Positions 28,938 to 37,526 of a DNA stretch of 64,000 nt are shown piece after piece; the first letter of the stretch is position 1; the number at the start of each line of letters is the position of its first letter. Source of the stretch: an uncultured Rickettsiales bacterium (GTDB lineage: Bacteria > Pseudomonadota > Alphaproteobacteria > Rickettsiales > CAZNNM01). The stretch spans positions 239,110 to 303,109 of the forward strand of contig CAZNNM010000002.1 of assembly GCA_964574415.1 (NCBI GenBank). The letters are read 5' to 3'. The notes beneath the pieces are model-generated. The model was not told the DNA's origin and did not search any database. It saw nothing but the letters and a program-made list of their open reading frames with translations. A program made the position numbers and the translations under genes.

Positions 28938-31574
28938 ATGACTAAGGTTCAACATCAGGCCTCCAACCCTCAAAGCTCCGTCTGGCTTGCGGCCTCGGCT
29001 GGAACTGGCAAAACCAAGGTTTTGACGGATCGTGTGCTGCGCTTGCTGCTATCAGGCGTAGATGCCTCACATATACTCTGCCTCACCTATACCAGCGCCG
29101 CCGCCGCCGAGATGGAAACCCGTATCCACAGCCGCTTGAGCGATTGGGTGATTGCTGATGATGCAACATTACAGACACAATTAGAAGCCCTCACGGGAGA
29201 ACCCGCTAGCAATGCGATGTTGACCCAAGCCCGCCTCTTATTTGCCACCGTGCTTGATACGCCACAAGGCCTCAAAATCCAGACGATTCACGCATTCTGC
29301 CAGAATATCCTCTCGCGCTTCCCCCTGGAAGCTGGGATTGCACCGCATACGACTATCATGGATAACCAAACCCGCCATGAATTGCTAAGTGAAGCTAAAA
29401 TGCGGCTTCTGATGGCACGCACACAGGATAAAGCCCTGGCTGAAGCCATCAAAGCACTGGCCTGCCGTCTGCATGAAAGCAATTTCCTGGAACTACTGGA
29501 AACTATCATTAACCAAAGCATCCGCTTAGGCCGTTTGCTGGAAAATACACCACTTGCCGACGTGATTGCCCGTGTGTATAGCGCCCTTGGTGTACAGCAA
29601 CACGAAACCGAGGCACAGATTCTTACCGATTATGCGCTTGATGCCGACCAAACCGGCCTTTATGCTTGCGTAAGCACTCTGTTTGAAGGCGGCAAGACCG
29701 ATCAGAAATACGGCCAAGCCATCAAAACCTGGCTGGATAGCGATGCCGAAGAACGCGTAATAGGGTGGGAGGCGTATCAGAGTGTTTTTGTCACCCAAGA
29801 AGGCAAAGCGCGTGATAAATTATGCAGCAAAGCCATTATGGACGGCGCACCACATATTGCCGATACTCTGGCCGAAGAACAACAGCGCATCCTCGCTGCA
29901 TTGGAACATATACGCTCCGTCCGCACCGCAAGCTTTACCCATTATGTCCTCCGCCTTAGCCATGCCTTGCTGGAACATTACCACCAGCTGAAAACACGTT
30001 ATGGCTATATGGATTTTAACGATGTGATCTATAGCACCCGCAAACTGCTCACCGAATCGGTGGCGATGGATTGGGTGCTGTATAAGCTGGATAATGGGAT
30101 TGATCATATATTAGTCGATGAAGCCCAAGATACCAGCCCTGACCAATGGCATATTATCACCCAATTGCTCAGCGAATTCTTTGCAGGAGAATCCATTGGC
30201 GGCAGAATCCGCACACTTTTCGTCGTAGGCGATGAAAAACAATCGATCTACCGCTTCCAAGGCGCTGATCCTAAAATGTTCCAGACCATGCAAGCCACCT
30301 ATGAAACGCAAGCGCTGCAAAGCAATGCGTTATGGCAATCGCTTTCGCTGGATATGTCCTTCCGGTCTACCGAGGCGGTGCTAACATTAGTGGATGCCAT
30401 CTGCGCACATCCGGTGCTAAAACCCTATCTCAGCCCTACCACTGCCGTCATACATCACCATGTATTCCGCACCAACCAGCCAGGCATTATCGAACTCTGG
30501 CCCGTGATAGAGGCAGAAACGCAAGAAACCGTAGACCCATGGCCTTTACCAATCACCCGCCGCCACAGCCAAGACCCCGCCACACGCGTGGCAGAGCAGA
30601 TCGCAGAGACGATTCATCACTGGCGCAACAGCAAACGCCCCCTTGCTTCACGCGGCCGGCCTGTGGAGCCTGGGGATATCATGATTCTGGTGCGACGGCG
30701 TAATCACTTTGTCGATGCAATGGTACGTGCGCTTAAACAGCGCAACATCCCTGTAGCAGGTACGGATAGGCTAGTCCTCACCGATCATATCGCCATTATG
30801 GATCTCATCGCACTCGGCGAATTCCTGCTTTTCCCGCAGGATGACCTCACCCTCGCCACCCTTCTCAAAACTCCACTTATTGGCCTAAGCGAAGAAGCCC
30901 TGTTCACACTGGCACATGACCGTGGCAAAGAATCGCTTTGGAGCCGGCTGATAGAGCGCCAGGCGGAGTATCCTCAAGCCTATAGCTATCTTCACGATCT
31001 GCTACAGCGTGTAGATGCCATCACCCCGTTTGAACTGTATAGCTATGTGCTGGATATACGTGCAGGCCGTACTGATTTTATTGCCCGCATGGGTGATGAG
31101 GTGAATGATCCGTTTGACGAATTCCTAGACCTCGCCCTCACCTATGAACAAAGCCATACCGCTTCACTGCAAGGCTTTTTACATTGGCTTAAAACCTCTC
31201 CGGTGGAAATCAAACGCGATATGGAACAAAGCAGCAATGAAGTGCGCATTATGACCGTGCATGGCGCTAAAGGTCTGCAAGCTCCTATCGTCTTCCTACC
31301 TGATACCACCCAAATGCCTTATAACAAACCAGGCGAATTTATCTGGCAGGATGACTTGTTCTTCTGGCCTGGCGGACGTGCCAATGAAAATGCACTCTGC
31401 ACCACCCTACGCACCGCGCAATCACAAGAACAAACCGAAGAATACTACCGCCTACTCTACGTAGCCCTCACACGCGCAGAGGATGAGCTGTATATTGCTG
31501 GCTGGCAAGGCACTAAAAAACGGCCGGATGGGTGTTGGTATACGATTTTGGAGAATGTGATAAAAAGGTCTTAG
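28938..31574 (+). CDS. addA: AddA-type (UvrD/Rep superfamily 1) helicase, apparently lacking the C-terminal nuclease domain
   Basis: Start set at ATG 28938 (MTKVQHQASNPQSSVWLAASAGTGKTKVLTDRV), because the longer ORF runs through tRNA-Ile. Helicase motifs up to LLYVALTRAEDELYIAG are present. The ORF ends 30 aa later at 878 aa, next to a repeat. Confidence 0.75.
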   Translation: MTKVQHQASNPQSSVWLAASAGTGKTKVLTDRVLRLLLSGVDASHILCLTYTSAAAAEMETRIHSRLSDWVIADDATLQTQLEALTGEPASNAMLTQARLLFATVLDTPQGLKIQTIHAFCQNILSRFPLEAGIAPHTTIMDNQTRHELLSEAKMRLLMARTQDKALAEAIKALACRLHESNFLELLETIINQSIRLGRLLENTPLADVIARVYSALGVQQHETEAQILTDYALDADQTGLYACVSTLFEGGKTDQKYGQAIKTWLDSDAEERVIGWEAYQSVFVTQEGKARDKLCSKAIMDGAPHIADTLAEEQQRILAALEHIRSVRTASFTHYVLRLSHALLEHYHQLKTRYGYMDFNDVIYSTRKLLTESVAMDWVLYKLDNGIDHILVDEAQDTSPDQWHIITQLLSEFFAGESIGGRIRTLFVVGDEKQSIYRFQGADPKMFQTMQATYETQALQSNALWQSLSLDMSFRSTEAVLTLVDAICAHPVLKPYLSPTTAVIHHHVFRTNQPGIIELWPVIEAETQETVDPWPLPITRRHSQDPATRVAEQIAETIHHWRNSKRPLASRGRPVEPGDIMILVRRRNHFVDAMVRALKQRNIPVAGTDRLVLTDHIAIMDLIALGEFLLFPQDDLTLATLLKTPLIGLSEEALFTLAHDRGKESLWSRLIERQAEYPQAYSYLHDLLQRVDAITPFELYSYVLDIRAGRTDFIARMGDEVNDPFDEFLDLALTYEQSHTASLQGFLHWLKTSPVEIKRDMEQSSNEVRIMTVHGAKGLQAPIVFLPDTTQMPYNKPGEFIWQDDLFFWPGGRANENALCTTLRTAQSQEQTEEYYRLLYVALTRAEDELYIAGWQGTKKRPDGCWYTILENVIKRS

Positions 31575-31615
31575 AGAATCCATACACAATGCGGTCATCC
31601 CTCTCTATATTCCTT

Positions 31616-31755
31616 TGTCATTCTTGGACTTGATCGGTAAATGACAAGACCCCCTATCGTCATCGCGAGCGCAAGCGTGGCGATCCAGGAGCCTCTATAA
31701 AGAACGGAGAAATCCGCCCTGGATTGCCACGTCGCTAACGCGCCTCGCAATGACG
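31616..31755. repeat. Palindromic repeats (short family C-like hairpin plus family B 31658..31755)
   Basis: tgtcattcttggacttgatcggtaaatgaca, then cgtcatcgcgagcgcaagcgtggcgatccagg...cctggattgccacgtcgctaacgcgcctcgcaatgacg. Confidence 0.9.
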
Positions 31756-31785
31756 AAGAGCCAGACCTTGATGGGCATATGACAC

Positions 31786-32313
31786 CTACACCCGCGTCGA
31801 AAGCCAAATTGCCAGGCGGCTGCCAGCTTTGATAGCGCGGGTTAGCACCGGATAGGCAGTCGCTTCTTCTGCATGATGCTCTAATCCCGTATCACGATGC
31901 TCTAACTCATCCGCACGGAATTTGGCGATTTTTTCGCTGAGTTCAGGTTGCTCATTGCCGAGGGACTCTAACTGTTGTTGATAATGCTCATCAATGACTT
32001 CCTCAACCGCTACCGTACACGCCATAGCCGCCTTTTCACCCAGCAATGCCGTCGCAGCCCCTAGCGCGAAACCCGCCACATGCCAGAATGGCTGCAAGAC
32101 GGTTGGGCGCACATGGTGTTTGGCGATGGATTGCTCGAAATATTCTAAATGCTCCAGCTCCTGATCTTTCATATGCTGGATTACCGGCCCAATTTTACTG
32201 CTTTTTAGCACAGCAAGCTGGCCTTCATAAATCCGCTTTGCACCATATTCACCCGCATGGTTTACACGGATAATGCGCTCTAATTTATCGTCTTCTGGCA
32301 CGTACATACACAA
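31786..32313 (-). CDS. coq7: Demethoxyubiquinone hydroxylase (Coq7 family di-iron carboxylate protein)
   Basis: 175 aa. VNHAGEYGAKRIYEGQ and repeated E..H ligand motifs (QELEHL, EEVIDEH, DELEHR). Confidence 0.85.
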   Translation of the reverse strand: MCMYVPEDDKLERIIRVNHAGEYGAKRIYEGQLAVLKSSKIGPVIQHMKDQELEHLEYFEQSIAKHHVRPTVLQPFWHVAGFALGAATALLGEKAAMACTVAVEEVIDEHYQQQLESLGNEQPELSEKIAKFRADELEHRDTGLEHHAEEATAYPVLTRAIKAGSRLAIWLSTRV

Positions 32314-32770
32314 CCCCCGTTATACACAGCACAAGGGCCATATACACCACATTCCACCCTGCCATAGAGAGGCTTAAGAATACAAAAGCTGGCTTATCAC
32401 AACGCACCGCTTGTTTGCCGAGCAGCTGATTGCGTAAATCATCAATACTCGCATCTTTGGGCAACACATCACTACCACTACAGCTACTCAACCCCTCAAA
32501 CACATGGTTCTCAACACCCACATGATAGCCCGCTATGCCAATATTGACCACCAACGCCACCAGCGCTAAACGCACCAGCCAGAGCCTATAGCGCGCCAGT
32601 GGCAATGCCAGAATAGCGAGGATAATAATCACCGCATAAGGAATACGCTGATAGAGGCATAAATGGCATGGCTCTAGGCCAAAGAAATATTGCGAAATAT
32701 AGGCCACCGCCAGCGCAATCGCGCTTGCGATAATCAAAATAAATGGCACACGTAATGAGACATTGAACAT
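32285..32770 (-). CDS. dsbB: Disulfide bond formation protein B family
   Basis: 161 aa with 4 TM segments. CHLCLYQRIPY in the first periplasmic loop and a second Cys pair (SSCSG...RCD). Confidence 0.8.
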   Translation of the reverse strand: MFNVSLRVPFILIIASAIALAVAYISQYFFGLEPCHLCLYQRIPYAVIIILAILALPLARYRLWLVRLALVALVVNIGIAGYHVGVENHVFEGLSSCSGSDVLPKDASIDDLRNQLLGKQAVRCDKPAFVFLSLSMAGWNVVYMALVLCITGVVYVRARRR

Positions 32771-32842
32771 AATGGGTCACTATACTCCTATCAACGAGGG
32801 AAAGCTAGAGGGCATTCTAAACATAAGAAATGTTTATACCTT

Positions 32843-33049
32843 TGTCATACTTGGGCTTGACCAGCATTATTGCATGGCTGCCTAACCTATTGATAGTAGT
32901 CATCCCGGACTTGATCCGGGATCCACTGTTATGGGGGCGTAATATAGAAGAATCTAGGTGAAAGCGCCAGTCTTGGTGGATTCCGGATCAAGTCCGGAAT
33001 GACAAGAGCGGGATCCATGCAACAACGCCGATCAAGCCCAAGAATGACA
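32843..33049. repeat. Nested composite repeat: family A element (32899..33004) inside family D arms
   Basis: tgtcatacttgggcttgaccagcattattgcatgg...[gtcatcccggacttgatccgggatccac...ggattccggatcaagtccggaatgac]...ccatgcaacaacgccgatcaagcccaagaatgaca. Confidence 0.9.
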
Positions 33050-33136
33050 ACCCTTATTTCAAAATGAATCACTACCTTCTAGATTGATACGTTCAATGTC
33101 CTACGCCAACGTGCTCGGCGTAAGACCAAACCAACC

Positions 33137-33940
33137 TTACTCCAACACCATCGGCCCCGTCCCTTTTTCGCGGAACCATTTGGTTATAATATTCTTCTCC
33201 CCCGAATGCACCGGCATACCGCTATGTAATGTATAGGGATTGGGCGTGCCATCAGGATAGAGATTATTCCAGATCACCGCCATGCCTAGGGTTGGATAGA
33301 AGATTGTATCAATCTCCACAAATCCCGTACCGCCCCCTTCTACCCCCTCATTGAGATAGACCATGAATGTCCAGGTACGGTTGCCTTGGCGGCTGGCATA
33401 TTGTTTATATTCTTCGGTATGAGGCGTAAAATAATCCGTATGGGCTTTGAATTGCTGACTCGCCTGGTATTTCTGTGCCTGGATAGGCTCGGAATAGGCC
33501 AGGCTAATGCCTAATGTCTTGGCGATGCGTTGATCGATTTCTTCCACAAAGGAATCATTGGTATAAATCAAATCACAGGTAGAACTGGTGCGGAAATAGC
33601 GGTCATTTGCATCACCTGAAATGGTAGACGGACGCAATTGTTTATTCACAATCGCCAACAGCTTCGTGCATTCCTCTGGTGTCATGAAATGTTCAAGCGT
33701 ATAAAGCTGGAGCTTATCGGTTGGTACTTTTTGTGCAATATGGGTAATCCGCACGTTACTAAGCGCTTCATAATCAATCGGCGCTTCTTCTGCTGGAAAC
33801 TGGCTGCCCATGCATTCTTTGATTGAGCTGATAGCAAAACCATGGCTCAGCAAAATATCCCGTAATTCTTTAGTATCACACTGGCGGTCTAAATTTTCCT
33901 TTAGCCACCCTTTCCAACTTGCATCTAGCTGTTTTGCCAT
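33137..33940 (-). CDS. 2OG-Fe(II) oxygenase, prolyl 4-hydroxylase-like
   Basis: 267 aa. HxD...H facial triad context (FKAHTDYF ... YTLHSGMPV ... KNIITKWF). The start overlaps the upstream histidine kinase stop by 16 nt. Confidence 0.8.
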   Translation of the reverse strand: MAKQLDASWKGWLKENLDRQCDTKELRDILLSHGFAISSIKECMGSQFPAEEAPIDYEALSNVRITHIAQKVPTDKLQLYTLEHFMTPEECTKLLAIVNKQLRPSTISGDANDRYFRTSSTCDLIYTNDSFVEEIDQRIAKTLGISLAYSEPIQAQKYQASQQFKAHTDYFTPHTEEYKQYASRQGNRTWTFMVYLNEGVEGGGTGFVEIDTIFYPTLGMAVIWNNLYPDGTPNPYTLHSGMPVHSGEKNIITKWFREKGTGPMVLE

Positions 33941-35217
33941 CGTATTTCTACCTTAAGCCCTGGATTATTGTCTTTCAATACTACCACAGCCCCATGAATC
34001 TTGGCAATCGCAGCCACAAGGCTTAGGCCTAAGCCATTGCCAGGCGTAGAGCGGCTGTGATCCAAGCGGTAGAAAGGCTTTAAAATATCCTCAGCCGCCG
34101 ATGCGGGAATACCTGGCCCGTTATCCGATACCCAGAGCGATTCCTTGGTAAGTGTCAGTGCAATGACTGTGCCGGCTGGTGTATGGCGCAGTGCGTTTTC
34201 CACCAGATTCACCATTAATTGCATCCATAGGCTTTTATCGCCCTGCAAACGTATCTGCTCTGCAACATGCACGTTGAGTATATGCCCGCTATCTTCTGCC
34301 ACAGGCTGATAGATCATCCCCACCTGATGCACCAGCGCTGACATATCAATCTCCGAAAAACCCGCACGCTGTGCGCCGGATTCAATATCGGCAATACGGA
34401 GCAAAGCAGAGAAGGTCTCCAAGGTTTCATCAAGCAATACTATTGCCTCCTCTACCTGAGGCACATCTTCGCTAATCGCCTCTAAACGCTGGCGCAGACG
34501 GCCCAGCGGTGTGCGTAGATCATGAGCAATATTAGTGGTAACATTACGCGTATCAGCCATTAACTGCTCAATGCGCTCTAGCATACGGTTGATAATAATA
34601 GCCAGCTGATCAAAATCATCCCCACCACCTTGCAATGGAACACGAAGTGAAAGCTGGCCGCTGCCGATGCGATCTGCGGTTTTAGCCAAACGATCCACCC
34701 GCGCCAAGAAACGCCAGCTGACAAGCACACCGCCAATCGCCGCAAGCATCAACGTCACCAGCAATGCCAATATGGATGCATTACGCACCGCCGATTGGAT
34801 ATCCTCAATCTCCGTCAACTCCCCTGCTACGGCCAGGCGGTAACCGCCATCTAATTCTGTGGAAAGCAATAACATAGGAAGCGGCTGATCCACCACATGC
34901 CACCCTGGCGCGGGAATACGCGCCATTTTATCAAAAATCATTTTCCCATCCGGCGATTGCACGGCATAGCGCAGACGCTTAGATGCCCGTGTTTCCAAGC
35001 GCTCGCGAATATCATGGCGCAATTCCTCCAACCCATCATCACCATAATCCCGCAAGAGTTGGTTGGTTTCGGATTGGATATGTTCCCGTATTTGCTCTTC
35101 AAGCGAATGTTGGATACTAAAAAAAACGATGCCTCCGACAATACACACGGAGAGGCTGAAAATAACAGCATAGATAAGCGCTAACCGGAAATTAGCAGTA
35201 CGTAAAAGCCTAGGCAT
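33925..35217 (-). CDS. Sensor histidine kinase (2 TM, HAMP, HisKA, HATPase_c)
   Basis: 430 aa. H-box NIAHDLRTPL, N-box LVENALRHT, G1 DNGPGIP and G2 GNGLGLSLV. Confidence 0.9.
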   Translation of the reverse strand: MPRLLRTANFRLALIYAVIFSLSVCIVGGIVFFSIQHSLEEQIREHIQSETNQLLRDYGDDGLEELRHDIRERLETRASKRLRYAVQSPDGKMIFDKMARIPAPGWHVVDQPLPMLLLSTELDGGYRLAVAGELTEIEDIQSAVRNASILALLVTLMLAAIGGVLVSWRFLARVDRLAKTADRIGSGQLSLRVPLQGGGDDFDQLAIIINRMLERIEQLMADTRNVTTNIAHDLRTPLGRLRQRLEAISEDVPQVEEAIVLLDETLETFSALLRIADIESGAQRAGFSEIDMSALVHQVGMIYQPVAEDSGHILNVHVAEQIRLQGDKSLWMQLMVNLVENALRHTPAGTVIALTLTKESLWVSDNGPGIPASAAEDILKPFYRLDHSRSTPGNGLGLSLVAAIAKIHGAVVVLKDNNPGLKVEIRWQNS

Positions 35218-35884
35218 GAATACTATACCCCGCTCCGCGCACGGTTTTAATCAACTCTTTATCAAACCCACGGTCAATTTTGGCGCGTAGACGGCTGATA
35301 TGCGTTTCAACAATATTGGTTTTCGGATCAAAATGAAATTCCCATACCCCCTCTAACAGCATGGTACGCGTCACCACGCGTTCAGCATGGCGCATGAGAT
35401 ATTCGAGCAAGCGGAATTCGGTCGGCTGTAATTCAATAACATGACCTGCACGTTTGACAATACGGCGGATCAGATCCATCTCAAGATCACCAATTTTCAG
35501 TGTCGTCTGCACATCATGCAGTGGCGGCCTGCGGCCTAAGGAACAGATACGCGCATAAAGCTCTGCAAAGGCAAAAGGTTTGACCAGGTAATCATCACCA
35601 CCGGATTCCAGACCTTTTACACGGTCATCAATACTCCCCATCGCCGTTAAAAACAACGCCGGTGTTTTCACCCCGCTTTCGCGTAAGGTTTTGAGCAGTA
35701 ATAGACCATCTAAACGCGGCAGCATTCTATCAATCACCATCACATCATACACCGCCCCATCGCCCGCCATCATCAGGCCTTCATGGCCATCTTTGGCGTG
35801 ATCAATCGTATGGCCATGTTCTTGTAGACCACGGATGATGTAATCAGCCGTTTCTTGAGTATCTTCAATTAACAGAATGCGCAT
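35210..35884 (-). CDS. Response regulator, OmpR/PhoB family
   Basis: Start set at ATG 35884 (MRILLIEDTQ). Receiver domain Asp (VMVIDRMLP) plus a winged-helix C-terminus (LTPTEFRLLEYLM...VRGAGYSI). It overlaps the kinase gene by 8 nt. Confidence 0.9.
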   Translation of the reverse strand: MRILLIEDTQETADYIIRGLQEHGHTIDHAKDGHEGLMMAGDGAVYDVMVIDRMLPRLDGLLLLKTLRESGVKTPALFLTAMGSIDDRVKGLESGGDDYLVKPFAFAELYARICSLGRRPPLHDVQTTLKIGDLEMDLIRRIVKRAGHVIELQPTEFRLLEYLMRHAERVVTRTMLLEGVWEFHFDPKTNIVETHISRLRAKIDRGFDKELIKTVRGAGYSIHA

Positions 35885-35911
35885 GATGATCCCTTCATAT
35901 ATCACACAGGC

Positions 35912-35942
35912 AATAGCCCAGGGAATAAGGCCCTGGGCTATT
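35912..35942 (-). other. Stable hairpin between the PepSY gene and the response regulator gene
   Basis: aatagcccaggg-aataagg-ccctgggctatt forms a 12-bp stem. There is no clear U-tract, so it may act as an attenuator or processing site. Confidence 0.45.
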
Positions 35943-35957
35943 ATAGTTTGCGGTTAA

Positions 35958-36245
35958 TTAATCATCGATATCTTCACGCGCGCCCAGTACTTCACCGGTC
36001 ACACCGTCTACTTGCACATCGAAAATACGATCATCTTTTACCACGCTCACTTCATAAGCAGGCTTGAAGCTATCATCATCCAGGCTTGCATCGATAGCTT
36101 TACCCGATTGATGCTTTTCTGCTGCTTGAATCGCTTGCACCAGGCTGATCTTAGTTTCAGCCAGCAAACGGATGTCGCTTCTATCGGCTGCAAATGCCAT
36201 AACAGGGGTTGCAATTAATGCTGATACTAAAAGTAATGTTTTCAT
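35958..36245 (-). CDS. PepSY-domain periplasmic protein
   Basis: Start set at ATG 36245 (MKTLLLVSALIATPVMAFA). 95 aa with the PepSY pattern (ISLVQAIQAAEKHQSGKAIDASL...YEVSVVKDDRIFDVQVDGVTGEVL). Confidence 0.75.
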   Translation of the reverse strand: MKTLLLVSALIATPVMAFAADRSDIRLLAETKISLVQAIQAAEKHQSGKAIDASLDDDSFKPAYEVSVVKDDRIFDVQVDGVTGEVLGAREDIDD

Positions 36246-36398
36246 TATAGTCTCCTTTATAAATACTTGTCTGACGCACACGCACCCTGCGTGCTTGTAT
36301 GATCTTACTTTACCTCCACGGCCATAACAGCAGTTTTTCTGAAACTATACAGTTTTGTAATATTGTTATAGTATACCCGTATATTATAGGAGATTTTT

Positions 36399-37265
36399 AT
36401 GCAGATTCCAGATTCTTTCCGCGAAACTATCACCTCCGCCTGGGGCGATGAAGGTGCGCGGTGGCTTAATGCCTTACCCCAATTAATCAAAGCCTTAGCG
36501 CAAGAGTGGAAGCTGGAAGATATCGAACCTTTCTCGAACCTTTCTTTTCATTATGTCGCCACTGCAAGCCAGGGTGATAGGGATGTTGTATTGAAATTAG
36601 GCCTGGATATCGAGCGCGAGCTTGCAACGCTGGAACATTATGCCGGACGTGGTTGCGTAGCACTTTTAGAACATGATATTTCCCGCCGTGCCTTGCTGTT
36701 AGAATACCTCAACCCTGGCACCCCTTTACGCGAATATTTCCCTGAGCGCGATGAAGAGGCAACCCGTATTGCAGCAAATCTATTATCAAACCTACATCAT
36801 GCACCTGCTTTTGATGACTTTCCCACGTTAGAAGAATGGCTGGAAACGCTCTATCACACAGGTGATGACATCATCCCCCACCCTCTCCTCACCCGCGCCC
36901 GCACCTGGGCAATGGAATTGACGATGGAGCCTGCGGAAAATGTCGTATTACTGCATGGTGACCTGCATCATGATAATATCTTGGAAAGCAAAGAAGGCTG
37001 GAAAGCCATTGATCCAAAAGGTGTTGTAGGTGAACCTGGATATGATATTGCCACCTTCATCTATAACCCGATCCCGCTTCTGCAACACCACCCTAACGCC
37101 AAGGCCATCATAGCGAAACGTCTAGATATTTTTGCAGAAACACTCACCATAGACCGTGAACACCTACGCAAACTAGCCTTCATCCAAGCCATACTCGCCG
37201 CCTGCTGGGCAATTGAAGATGATTTACCGTGGGAAGGGTTTGTGGCATGTGCAGAGATGATGTAG
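36399..37265 (+). CDS. Aminoglycoside phosphotransferase, APH(6)/StrB-like family
   Basis: 288 aa. LLHGDLHHDNILESKEGWKAIDPKGVVGEPGYDIATFIYNP closely parallels the StrB segment LHGDLHHENIMFSSRGWLVIDPVGLVGEVGFGAANMFYDP. Confidence 0.75.
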   Translation: MQIPDSFRETITSAWGDEGARWLNALPQLIKALAQEWKLEDIEPFSNLSFHYVATASQGDRDVVLKLGLDIERELATLEHYAGRGCVALLEHDISRRALLLEYLNPGTPLREYFPERDEEATRIAANLLSNLHHAPAFDDFPTLEEWLETLYHTGDDIIPHPLLTRARTWAMELTMEPAENVVLLHGDLHHDNILESKEGWKAIDPKGVVGEPGYDIATFIYNPIPLLQHHPNAKAIIAKRLDIFAETLTIDREHLRKLAFIQAILAACWAIEDDLPWEGFVACAEMM

Positions 37266-37276
37266 TGTAAGCTTCT

Positions 37277-37515
37277 TGTCATTCTTGGACTTGATAGGTG
37301 TTATTGCATGTCTCTCTTTTGTCATTCCGGGCTTGCGTAAGTCTTGCCGTAGCTTTAGCGAAGGCAGAACCCGGAATCCACCAGGACTGGCGCTTCCACA
37401 TTCAATGCTTATAAATCACGCTGCCTTAACAGTGGATCCCGGATCACGTCCGGGATGACATATAGCAATACGTTAGTGAGCCCGGCAACAACGCCGACGT
37501 GATCCAAGGATGACA
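37277..37515. repeat. Nested composite repeat (family D arms around family A copy 37321..37460, which carries an extra internal hairpin)
   Basis: tgtcattcttggacttgataggtgttattgcatg...[gtcattccgggcttgcgtaag...gtggatcccggatcacgtccgggatgaca]...caacaacgccgacgtgatccaaggatgaca. Confidence 0.9.
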
Positions 37516-37526
37516 GAAAACCTAAA

